The notes under the pieces are model-generated. The model was given only the letters and a program-made list of their open reading frames with translations, made no database searches and had not been told where the DNA came from. Of a stretch of DNA of 52,838 nt, positions 28,162-36,836 are shown in pieces (within the stretch, counting starts at the first letter, position 1; every line of letters starts with the position of its first letter). The stretch covers positions 1-52,838 of IMG/VR virus record IMGVR_UViG_3300022074_000061, one strand, 5' to 3'. The translations under genes and the position numbers were made by a program. This stretch comes from a virus. Its lineage: Duplodnaviria; Caudoviricetes.

Positions 28162-28183
28162 TATTTATTGTTAGTGGTAAAAA
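28162..28183 (-). repeat. 22-bp leader motif (second copy 28721-28742, 21/22 identical)
   Basis: Minus-strand tttttac[c/t]actaacaataaata directly follows a hairpin in both places. Confidence 0.8.
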
Positions 28184-28200
28184 GGGGGAATTGCACCCCC
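28179..28200 (-). terminator. Hairpin + U-tract
   Basis: ggggg tgcaatt ccccc ttttt. Confidence 0.55.
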
Positions 28201-28204
28201 ATAT

Positions 28205-28426
28205 TTATTTCTTAGGTGTAAAATATGTGAATATTGAAAATATAACACCTGCCATAACAGCGGTGGCAACACCACTGAATGTGCCAATAAAGATAATTGG
28301 CAAAAGCAGAGTGAACAATATGTCCCAGAACACCTGTGTCTTGACCATTCTACGTCTGCCGAGAGCTTTATATACAATGATATAATAGCCCACAGCAGCG
28401 AAGATAGCAATGAAAAACAAGCTCAT
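28205..28426 (-). CDS. Small 3-TM membrane protein
   Basis: Hydrophobic; DILFTLLLPIIFIGTFSGVATAVMAG. Confidence 0.65.
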   Translation of the reverse strand: MSLFFIAIFAAVGYYIIVYKALGRRRMVKTQVFWDILFTLLLPIIFIGTFSGVATAVMAGVIFSIFTYFTPKK

Positions 28427-28701
28427 TAGAACGGTAAGTTAGTAGATTCTAACGCCTGTTTTGCAGCTTGTTTAGGACTGAATGTATTTAGTTTCATATA
28501 CATAGGTCTTGAAGCATCAGCTTTTTGAGACTTTTGTATAGTTGTAGTTACAAAGCCTTTATCGTTGACATGTTCTTTCATGAAGTTACAGAACTCTTTT
28601 GCGTTAAAGTCAATGTTTATAACACTTGATCCATTGTCAAATGTTTTTTCTCTGATGTATACACCTTCAGCGAAAGTGATAGGGTTTTTAGTTTTAGACA
28701 T
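28426..28701 (-). CDS. Small beta protein with SSB-like LPF tail
   Basis: Beta-rich body, ends ESTNLPF. Confidence 0.55.
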   Translation of the reverse strand: MSKTKNPITFAEGVYIREKTFDNGSSVINIDFNAKEFCNFMKEHVNDKGFVTTTIQKSQKADASRPMYMKLNTFSPKQAAKQALESTNLPF

Positions 28702-28737
28702 AATTAAATTTTTAGATTAATATTTATTGTTAGTAGT

Positions 28738-28767
28738 AAAAAAAAGAGTGACTATAGTGCCACTCTT
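28738..28767 (-). terminator. Hairpin + U-tract containing the upstream stop codon
   Basis: aagagtggc actata gtcactctt followed by a T-run. Confidence 0.65.
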
Positions 28768-29009
28768 ATGTTATCGTATTCAAACACTTTAGCCCAGTCA
28801 ATTATATCTGACTGACACATATCTATTAGAGCTTGCTCTTTGGCAATCTCGTCAAGAGATTTGATAGGATAGTTGCCTTGAATATTGTACTCTTCAATAG
28901 CGTCAATATTGTTAGGCGCAGAACATTCATAGCAGTTTGCTATGGTGTATGATACTGGACGCAATTTAGTGCATGAGCACGAATCGCATTGTTGAGAAAT
29001 TATTTCCAT
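28752..29009 (-). CDS. Zn-ribbon early protein
   Basis: CDSC...CYEC. Confidence 0.55.
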   Translation of the reverse strand: MEIISQQCDSCSCTKLRPVSYTIANCYECSAPNNIDAIEEYNIQGNYPIKSLDEIAKEQALIDMCQSDIIDWAKVFEYDNIRVAL

Positions 29010-29108
29010 GATAAATTATTTTTGATTAAACTTATGTATAGTTGTAAAACTGTGAACACATAAATAATAGAAGTCAAAGATTGTATGCATAAATCTGATA
29101 GTTGGTAC

Positions 29109-29139
29109 TTGACTTTATCAAAAAAAAACACTAACTTCG
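29109..29139 (+). promoter_or_regulatory. Candidate rightward promoter in the non-coding gap
   Basis: TTG (29109-11), 20-nt spacer, TAACTTCG (29132-39; one mismatch to TAnnTTTG). Confidence 0.4.
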
Positions 29140-29342
29140 CAAAGCAGTTGCGTAAGCATTACAATCAGTTAAATACAATAAGTATTTATTATATTTACAA
29201 TGTAAAGTAAAAAAAGTAGATAACTGTTTGATTATCAATACTTTAGATTATTTGCAATAGTATTTGTATAAAAAAAAGGGTATAAACTAAGGGATTAGAT
29301 TATATAACACAATCAGGGATAGTTATATTTTTTTCACAATAT

Positions 29343-29376
29343 AAAAAAAAAGAGAGACTAGTTTGCCTCTCTCTTT
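29343..29376 (-). terminator. Hairpin + U-tract containing the upstream stop codon
   Basis: agagaggc aaacta gtctctct followed by T8 on the minus strand. Confidence 0.65.
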
Positions 29377-29441
29377 GTATATCTGGTGTCCATATACCAC
29401 TCTAGTATAAGAACACCTATAATAATTTTAAGTATCATCAT
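29358..29441 (-). CDS. 27-aa hydrophobic peptide (not in ORF track)
   Basis: MMILKIIIGVLILEWYMDTRYTKREAN; ATGA-coupled to the upstream peptide. Confidence 0.45.
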   Translation of the reverse strand: MMILKIIIGVLILEWYMDTRYTKREAN

Positions 29442-29551
29442 TTCTTTTTAAATTTTTTAATGTTATCAATATCTTTATTAAGTTGTATAGTATTTACTGT
29501 GCAGTATTTTATGACAAGCACAGTGATGACCACTGTAAGTATGGTTTCCAT
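29438..29551 (-). CDS. 37-aa single-TM peptide (not in ORF track)
   Basis: METILTVVITVLVIKYCTVNTIQLNKDIDNIKKFKKK; start context attactATG identical to that of 28149. Confidence 0.5.
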   Translation of the reverse strand: METILTVVITVLVIKYCTVNTIQLNKDIDNIKKFKKK

Positions 29552-29700
29552 AGTAATTATTTAAATTAAACATATAATATCTATGTATAGTCTGTAAAAA
29601 AAACAACAGACAAAACAAAGGGTGGGTGTAAAAAAAAAGTAGAAGGGTAGGGGCGTAAAGAGACAAAGCATCTCTTCCTCACAAATACAAATAATTTTTT

Positions 29701-29708
29701 TACTTTTG
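29701..29708 (+). promoter_or_regulatory. -7 element TACTTTTG for the packaging operon
   Basis: 15 nt before ATG 29724. Confidence 0.65.
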
Positions 29709-29723
29709 TATAAAAATCTTACA

Positions 29724-30653
29724 ATGATTACAAATCCATATAATGAGCTTACAGAAAACCCAACAGGTGATGGACCAATTAAAACTTTTGATGATCCAGA
29801 TCTACCAGGAGGGCTTAATCCAGGATCTACAGGTGGAGGGGGCATTAATCCTTATGGTGGTAGTAATCCTACAGCCGCTAGTCAGCTTAATAGAATGGTA
29901 AGACCTAGTGCTAATATGATGATGACTGACAGATCTACGTCTAGTAGAATGGGTGGAGGCTTTTTACCTAGTCAAAGATTTGATCCAGAACTATATTTGA
30001 ATCAAGGAATGCTTGGAGATAATGTAAAGCAATACGGATTAGGTGGATTCTTTTCTTCTTTAGGTGAAGGTATTGTACAGCTTTATGAAGGAACCGCAGA
30101 TGTTCTTGATGATATATCTTCTTTTTTTACAGGTTATGATGATGACTATTATCAAGACAGAGGGGTTGTAAATGAAGAAGGAAATAAAACAGCTTCAATA
30201 AATCCAGATGGCTCACTGAATATGCAGACAGGACAAGAAGGTACAGTAGATCTTTCAGGTAGAAAACTCTCTGATGATGGTAGTGGTCTTCAGTTATTAA
30301 GAGCTGGAATGCTACGTAAAGATCCAAGTCCAGCTATAGATAGAAGCATAGACATGGGACAACAACAAGACATGATGCCTACAGGACAAAGAAGAGTAGT
30401 AAATCCTTTTGGATCAAGTGCCTTTACTGGTTCGGGTGATGCGACAGCAACAGAGTCTAATCCATATGGCAAACAAGATCTTGACAATCCATATATTAGA
30501 GAAAATGTAAATGTATTTAACAAAGGGGGTATGATTGATAAAGAAATGACATACGAGGGTAGCGGCAGCTTTAGTGAACTAGCGAACAGAGTCATTGCTA
30601 AAAACCAAATAAAAAAGATAAGACAAAGATTTACTAACGGAGGTATATTCTAA
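29724..30653 (+). CDS. Disordered G/P/M-rich protein with [FY]xxGG motifs (putative internal virion protein)
   Basis: YGLGG, FNKGG, FTNGG; repeated NPY; start moved to ATG 29724. Confidence 0.6.
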   Translation: MITNPYNELTENPTGDGPIKTFDDPDLPGGLNPGSTGGGGINPYGGSNPTAASQLNRMVRPSANMMMTDRSTSSRMGGGFLPSQRFDPELYLNQGMLGDNVKQYGLGGFFSSLGEGIVQLYEGTADVLDDISSFFTGYDDDYYQDRGVVNEEGNKTASINPDGSLNMQTGQEGTVDLSGRKLSDDGSGLQLLRAGMLRKDPSPAIDRSIDMGQQQDMMPTGQRRVVNPFGSSAFTGSGDATATESNPYGKQDLDNPYIRENVNVFNKGGMIDKEMTYEGSGSFSELANRVIAKNQIKKIRQRFTNGGIF

Positions 30654-30883
30654 TGAAAGAAATAGAAACAGTATTCACAACAGTCAATGCAACTGAAAGT
30701 ATTTATCAAATAGAAAGAACATATGTTGATATGTACGATCTAATAATGGATGAAGATAAAATCATAGCAAATATGATTAACTCAGGTTTTGATGTGACTG
30801 ATACTGCCTGGAGCATTGAAACTCATGACTTAGATGATAATTGTTTATACAAACTATCTTTGACTGTAGAATACAATGGCTAA
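30653..30883 (+). CDS. Acidic hypothetical protein
   Basis: 76 aa, TAATG-coupled on both sides. Confidence 0.6.
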   Translation: MKEIETVFTTVNATESIYQIERTYVDMYDLIMDEDKIIANMINSGFDVTDTAWSIETHDLDDNCLYKLSLTVEYNG

Positions 30884-31413
30884 TGTATTTATTAAAATTA
30901 AATCGTAAAGGTGATATATTCAAGGACGATGATGGGGTAACAGGAGTGCCAGAGTTCTTGGGTATTATCAAAAAAGAAAAATTCGGGCCTACGGCCCTCA
31001 AGTGGATTGCATTAGTCTACGACTATGAAAGTCCATACAGACATTACTCAGAACAAGAACGCAAGAAAGCAGTCAGTAAAGACTTGTATGATACGTACAA
31101 TTGGAAAGGACAGAATGATCCTACTTTACTTGCGGCTTGTGATAAATATATAAAGCTACAATTTGATCCCCTTGACGAACAACTTATAGCTTTCAACAAA
31201 AAAATAAATCAGTTCACTGAACTTATTGACGTAATGCAGCTCAATGAAGAGAATGCAGAGCTGTTACAAAAACTTATGATTGGTGTAGAAAAGATATTAA
31301 AGACTAGACAGACATTACTTGATGCTATAGAGAGAAGGGGGGAGCGACAAAAGATAGCGGGTAACAAGGGGCTTAGTTTTTTAGAAAGAAGAAAAGAGAT
31401 GCAAAGTGGCTAA
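30883..31413 (+). CDS. Conserved protein upstream of terL (putative small terminase subunit)
   Basis: Helical, YDYESPY motif, position; start moved to ATG 30883. Confidence 0.5.
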   Translation: MYLLKLNRKGDIFKDDDGVTGVPEFLGIIKKEKFGPTALKWIALVYDYESPYRHYSEQERKKAVSKDLYDTYNWKGQNDPTLLAACDKYIKLQFDPLDEQLIAFNKKINQFTELIDVMQLNEENAELLQKLMIGVEKILKTRQTLLDAIERRGERQKIAGNKGLSFLERRKEMQSG

Positions 31414-31624
31414 TGGCCCTGTATACAAATTAGATTATGTGTACAAGAGATACATTAAACATTACAAGCAAGGAAACTTGAAACGTGCACAAGAATATAA
31501 TAAGATAGCACAAAAGTTTCACGGTGTAGACTTAGATATAAGATATCACAATAAGTTGGCCAGCCAGGAACAAGCTAAAGGCTTGTATGGTATTGGTAAA
31601 GTCAAAAGAATAAAGTATGGGTAA
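31406..31624 (+). CDS. Hypothetical basic protein
   Basis: 72 aa ORF bridging to terL. Confidence 0.55.
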   Translation: MANGPVYKLDYVYKRYIKHYKQGNLKRAQEYNKIAQKFHGVDLDIRYHNKLASQEQAKGLYGIGKVKRIKYG

Positions 31625-33437
31625 GATAAAAAAAGATCCACAAAGATATAGACCTATTGCTAATAATGGGCATCCAGATCTGAATCCAGACTCTGTGCAA
31701 TATCAAGAGTACTGGGCACAAGAAATGGATAGGTGCGTCAATGGTTATAAACCAAAAAGCATGAAGAAAATATCAGGTAAATACTATTTCTACCTTAACT
31801 ACTATATGATTCTTGGTAATGACGGAACTAGTGGTAATCGTAAAACCTTAATACATCCATGGTATAGAGCTATGGATCATGAATACTTTGATACCATAGA
31901 AATCTGTAAAGATGAAGGTAAAGGTATGATTGTAATAAAAGCCAGAGATAAAGGTTTTTCTTATATGAACTCTGGTGCTGTGGCACACGAATATACATTC
32001 TTTCCATTTAATGATGTAGGGGTTGCAGCAGGATTACAAGCTACAGCAGATGCTTTCTTTGATAAAGTAAAAAAAGGATTGAATGGTATACATCCTAACT
32101 TTAAACACTCAGTTCTTAAAGACACAACAGACATTATGCGTAGTGGATACAAGCAAAAGAACAAAGACGGTAAGTGGGAAACAGGTGGCTACCAATCTAC
32201 AATTATCTGTCGTACTATGGATAATCCTGAAGTATTTAAAGGGGAACGTGTTAGTCTTATGGTGTTTGAAGAAGCGGGTGAATTTAAGAAACTAAAAAAC
32301 GCATACATGTCATCTAAAGCGTGTTTCATGGATGGAGATATACAGTTTGGTGTACCTATAGTTGGAGGAACTGGTGGTGATATAACCAAAGCATCTAAAG
32401 ACTTTATGGATATGTATTATAGCTACGATGCTTATAATCTTATACCTATGTTTATTCCAGCATCTAGGGCGTACTATGGATTCTTTGATATTAATACTGG
32501 TGTAGAAAATGAGAAAGCAGCAATAGAAAAGCTAACAGAAGAGCGAGACAACATACAAAAGTCTGGTGACAATGACGCTTATAATCTACACGTACAAAAC
32601 TATCCACTTACTGTTGAAGAAGCATTTCTTAATACCAAGTCATCACGATTTGACATATCATTACTCAATGCACAAAGGTCAAGAATATTGTCTAGTATTG
32701 ATTTCAGATCACAAATACAAAGAGGATATCTAGATTGGGAGCTAGGCAATGAAGAGTTTGCCGTAAAATGGAGACCACACCCAGAAGGGCCATACAGAAT
32801 ACTAACACATCCTATGACAGAGTATCGTTTCTTAGATATAGGCGGGGTAGACTCGTATGATCAGGATACTGCTGGCGCATCAGATTCTTTGGGTAGTGCA
32901 ATAATTTATCGTAGATTTGCAAATACAGATGTACCAAGCGATTATGTTATCGCAGAATACACTGATAGACCACCTAAAAAAGAAGACTTTTGGGATGGTG
33001 TGTTGAAGCTAGCAGTTTACTATAATGCAAAAATGCTAGTTGAATACACAAAGATAGGTATATTAGATTATTTCAAACGTATGAATGCATTGAAATATTT
33101 AAAAGAAAAGCCAGAGTCTGCACACAACCCTGGTACAAAAACTAGAAATAGATATGGTGTGCATATGAATAAGCAAGTCAAGTCTTTACTTGAAGATTTG
33201 ATTGATGATTATATAAGAGAAAATGTTGAAGACATATGGTTTATGGATCTGATAGATGAGCTAGCAGTATATGGCAGACAGAATACTGACCGTGCTATGG
33301 CTTTTGGATTATGTTTAATACACAACATAGATAATTATAGATTACAAGTAAGTGATTATGAAGAAGAAAAAGATTTAGGTTTTAGGTATTATAAAATGGG
33401 TTGGAACGGTATACCCACACAAATGAATAAAATATGA
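31617..33437 (+). CDS. terL: Terminase large subunit
   Basis: KARDKGFS (Walker A), VFEEAG (Walker B), GGTGG, nuclease GGVDSYD and DRAMA. Confidence 0.93.
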   Translation: MGKIKKDPQRYRPIANNGHPDLNPDSVQYQEYWAQEMDRCVNGYKPKSMKKISGKYYFYLNYYMILGNDGTSGNRKTLIHPWYRAMDHEYFDTIEICKDEGKGMIVIKARDKGFSYMNSGAVAHEYTFFPFNDVGVAAGLQATADAFFDKVKKGLNGIHPNFKHSVLKDTTDIMRSGYKQKNKDGKWETGGYQSTIICRTMDNPEVFKGERVSLMVFEEAGEFKKLKNAYMSSKACFMDGDIQFGVPIVGGTGGDITKASKDFMDMYYSYDAYNLIPMFIPASRAYYGFFDINTGVENEKAAIEKLTEERDNIQKSGDNDAYNLHVQNYPLTVEEAFLNTKSSRFDISLLNAQRSRILSSIDFRSQIQRGYLDWELGNEEFAVKWRPHPEGPYRILTHPMTEYRFLDIGGVDSYDQDTAGASDSLGSAIIYRRFANTDVPSDYVIAEYTDRPPKKEDFWDGVLKLAVYYNAKMLVEYTKIGILDYFKRMNALKYLKEKPESAHNPGTKTRNRYGVHMNKQVKSLLEDLIDDYIRENVEDIWFMDLIDELAVYGRQNTDRAMAFGLCLIHNIDNYRLQVSDYEEEKDLGFRYYKMGWNGIPTQMNKI

Positions 33438-35692
33438 AAAAAGATTACTCTCCAATGCCACCCCTGGTATTGTCTGAAGCAGAAAAGACTCCAGAGTGGT
33501 GTGAACAAGTTTTAGATTCTATTATAAGCTACATGTCATATGATGATGGTTTTTACCTGTCAGGTAGAACGAAAGATATTAGAAACTATTTGATATATAA
33601 CGGACAGGTTAATCAACAAGATTATAGCTATATAACAGAACAGTATGGATTAACATATCCTGCAAGACTTGTAAACTATCCAATCATTACGCCTAAAATT
33701 GATTTGTTAGTTGGAGAAGAAATCAGGCGACCGCTTGACATGAAAGTTACTACAATTAACAAAGATGCTATCATAAGAAAGCTAGATCATAAAGTAGCTA
33801 TTACAATGAGAGCTTTGTTGCAAGACATCCATGATGAGTTTGAACAACAACAAGGTGTAAGTATTATAGAGCAAGGAACAGGTATGCCTGTGCCAGAGGA
33901 TATTGAAACTTACATGAAATACAACTATCGTGAAATGGTAGAGGAAACTGCACAAGATGGTTTGGAGTATGTAATAAATAGATACAATGTAAAAGATATA
34001 TTTAAAGAAGGATTTAGAGATTTACTTGTAACAGGTAAAGAGTTTTACAAAGTTGAAATAAAAAATGGTGATCCATTTGTTAGGCGTGTAGATCCAAGAC
34101 AAATTGTATTTGATGCTTCTGCACACTCAGATTATATAGACGAAGCTAACTGGGTAGGTGAAGAAAGATATATGTCAGTCAATGAAATCAATGATGAATA
34201 CAAAGAAGAGCTTACAGAAGAAGATCTGTTAGAATTAGAAAACATGCGTAATGCATATTACAATTCAGATCAATATAGTGAGTACAATGCTAGTTTTGAT
34301 TGGATTGATGCGGGCTATGGTAAAGAAACTAGAATACGTGTAATACAGTGTGAGTGGAAATCACTTAGAGCTATTAAGTATAAAGTTTCTGAAAACAAAT
34401 ATGATCCTAACAGACCATTTAGAAAAATAGTAAAAGATACATACAAGGCAAGAAAAGGTGAAGTAGTTGAAGTAAAGTATGTAGATGATTTATGGGAAGC
34501 AACAAAGATTGGGGGCAAAATTTTAATTAGAGCTAGACGTAGAAGTAATCAAGTTCGTAGTGTGGATGATCCAGGAACAAGTCCTTTATCATATGTTGGC
34601 TGTATATATAATAACACTACAGGTAAAAGTGTATCTATGGTAGATTTACTAGATAATATACAGATGCTTTATAATATAGTCATTTATCAAATTGAGTTAG
34701 CTATGGCTAGATCAGGTGGTAAGGCTGTAGTATATGATGTATCGCAATTACCAACTAACGCTGGTATGGATATACAGACTGTATTGTATCATTTGAAAAC
34801 TGATGGTATTATACCAATCAATTCAAAAGATGAGGGTAATCAAGTTAGCTCATTTAATCAATTTCAGCAAATAGACTTTACATTATCTCAGTCAGTACAG
34901 CAGTTGATCAATCTTAAGATGATGTTAGAAGAAATGGCTGGTCAAATATCTGGAGTATCCAGACAAAGAGAAGGAGCAGTTGGTCAGTATGAGTATGTTG
35001 GTAATGTACAGAGAAGTGTGATCCAGTCAGCAACAATTACAGAAAGCTGGTTTAAATCACACGCTGAAGTAAAACAAAAAGTATTAGAAAGACTTTGTAA
35101 TTTAATGAAAGTATGTTGGGCTGGTGGTAAAAAAGCTGCAATGATATTAGGTGATGGGGCTTACAAGTTTTTGAATGTAATGCCAGATATAGCTTTACAA
35201 GACTTTGGATTATATGTAGGTGACAGCGGTAAAGACGATGCAATGAAACAGGTAGTTCAGCAATTATCACAAGCAGCCTTACAATCAGGCAACATTGATT
35301 TGCTTAATGTTATCAAAGTATTAAAAGCTGACACACTTACTGAAGCTGAAAAAGTTTTAGAAAAAGGTATGGATGTAATGAAGCAACAGCAAATGCAACA
35401 ACAGCAAGTGGCTATGCAGCAACAACAAGCCCTGCAACAAGCTCAACAATCTGATCTGCAGAAACAAGCACAGCTTAAAGAAATTGATAATCAAGCAAAA
35501 AGAGATGTAGCACAGATTGGCGCACGGTCAAGAGTTGATGTGGCTAAGTTGCAAACAGATGCACAGCGTGATATTAATGATGCAAAAGAATCATCAGACA
35601 GAACCAAAAAAGCTCTGGATGTTTCACTAAGTCAGGAAACACCACGTACATCAACAGTAAGGCAAGTAGAAGAGGCAAAAGAAAGAATATAA
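33434..35692 (+). CDS. Portal protein
   Basis: Follows terL; NYPIITPKIDLLVGEE, ISGVSRQREG, Q-rich C-terminal barrel helix. Confidence 0.88.
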   Translation: MKKDYSPMPPLVLSEAEKTPEWCEQVLDSIISYMSYDDGFYLSGRTKDIRNYLIYNGQVNQQDYSYITEQYGLTYPARLVNYPIITPKIDLLVGEEIRRPLDMKVTTINKDAIIRKLDHKVAITMRALLQDIHDEFEQQQGVSIIEQGTGMPVPEDIETYMKYNYREMVEETAQDGLEYVINRYNVKDIFKEGFRDLLVTGKEFYKVEIKNGDPFVRRVDPRQIVFDASAHSDYIDEANWVGEERYMSVNEINDEYKEELTEEDLLELENMRNAYYNSDQYSEYNASFDWIDAGYGKETRIRVIQCEWKSLRAIKYKVSENKYDPNRPFRKIVKDTYKARKGEVVEVKYVDDLWEATKIGGKILIRARRRSNQVRSVDDPGTSPLSYVGCIYNNTTGKSVSMVDLLDNIQMLYNIVIYQIELAMARSGGKAVVYDVSQLPTNAGMDIQTVLYHLKTDGIIPINSKDEGNQVSSFNQFQQIDFTLSQSVQQLINLKMMLEEMAGQISGVSRQREGAVGQYEYVGNVQRSVIQSATITESWFKSHAEVKQKVLERLCNLMKVCWAGGKKAAMILGDGAYKFLNVMPDIALQDFGLYVGDSGKDDAMKQVVQQLSQAALQSGNIDLLNVIKVLKADTLTEAEKVLEKGMDVMKQQQMQQQQVAMQQQQALQQAQQSDLQKQAQLKEIDNQAKRDVAQIGARSRVDVAKLQTDAQRDINDAKESSDRTKKALDVSLSQETPRTSTVRQVEEAKERI

Positions 35693-35699
35693 AATTTAT

Positions 35700-35707
35700 T
35701 ATATTTG
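35700..35707 (+). promoter_or_regulatory. -7 element TATATTTG
   Basis: Upstream of the scaffold ATG 35727. Confidence 0.7.
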
Positions 35708-35726
35708 CAAATAAAAATAAAACAAA

Positions 35727-36752
35727 ATGGCAGAAGAATCAAAATTAGTTGCAGAGACTACGGAGTCTACTGAAACACAAGAGAAATTTAATCCACTAGC
35801 ATTCACAACGGATAACTATGTGGAAGAAAAAGAAACAGAAGTAACAGAAGAATCAAATGAAAAAACTGAATCTGCTGAAGCTACTGAAACTGAAACTAAC
35901 GAAGAAAAAGAAACTACAGAAGAAAAGGAACAAGAAGAACAGGAAGAAGGGTTTTCTTGGGATTCTGTTAAAGTAGAAGAAGAAAATAAAGATGAAGAAG
36001 AGGTCTATAATTGGGATCAAGAAGATGTTGATGAGACCAAAGAGAAGATTGAAACTAATGAATTAGATTGGGAAAAAGTTTCTAAAGAACTTAATCTTGA
36101 GGCTAAATCAAAAGACGAGCTCCTTGAAATAATAAATGGTTTTGCAAACCAAACACCTGTTGCAGACACGTCACAGGTTTCAGAACTTAGACGATATTTA
36201 TCATTCAATGATAGAGATTTAGTTGCTGAAGAACTTAAAGCAGACGGTATGGATGCTGGAGAAATTGAAGAGTCTTTAGACAAACTAGAGGATGCGGGCA
36301 TGATTAAGATAAAAGCAAAAAGCATTAGAAGAGTAATTAATAATGCTATTGAATCGCAAACTGCACAAACAAAAAAACAAGTTGAAGCTGAACAAAAACA
36401 AAGAAAAGAGGGTGCAGCAAAAGCTAAAAAAGAATTACAAAACACAATCAAAAACATGAGTGAGTTCATGGGCGGGAAAGTAACTAAAAAACAGAAGGAA
36501 GAGGTATACAAATATGCCACAGGTAAAATGATGAATGACATTTACAACAGTCATGCCAATGTAGCTGACGTTGCAATGTTCATGCTTTACCGAAAGCAAA
36601 TTGAAAAAATTCTTCGTTCTCAAGGCTTGGAAGATGGCAAAGCCGCTATCATGGATAGCATTGTATCTCCAAGTTTGAATACTGGAAAAGGCAAACCGAA
36701 ATATAAAATAAAAGACGGTGCGTTTAATCCAAAAGCGTTCATGGGCAAGTAG
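35727..36752 (+). CDS. Scaffold-like acidic protein
   Basis: E/T-rich N-terminus and coiled coil, between portal and MCP. Confidence 0.7.
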   Translation: MAEESKLVAETTESTETQEKFNPLAFTTDNYVEEKETEVTEESNEKTESAEATETETNEEKETTEEKEQEEQEEGFSWDSVKVEEENKDEEEVYNWDQEDVDETKEKIETNELDWEKVSKELNLEAKSKDELLEIINGFANQTPVADTSQVSELRRYLSFNDRDLVAEELKADGMDAGEIEESLDKLEDAGMIKIKAKSIRRVINNAIESQTAQTKKQVEAEQKQRKEGAAKAKKELQNTIKNMSEFMGGKVTKKQKEEVYKYATGKMMNDIYNSHANVADVAMFMLYRKQIEKILRSQGLEDGKAAIMDSIVSPSLNTGKGKPKYKIKDGAFNPKAFMGK

Positions 36753-36836
36753 GCTTACATGAGATAGTCAAAGACTGCTTAGAGTTGAAAGTTAATTGGA
36801 CAAAGTAAAATGTTTAATTAATTTAAAAATAATAAA

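Noticed and set aside
29478-29845. Minus-strand ORFs 29478-29666 and 29561-29845 from the track
   Set aside because: They cross low-complexity regulatory DNA or are antisense to the 29724 gene; better-supported short ORFs exist in other frames
35370-35480. CAA/CAG-rich tract as a DNA tandem repeat
   Set aside because: Encodes the Q-rich helical barrel typical of podovirus portals
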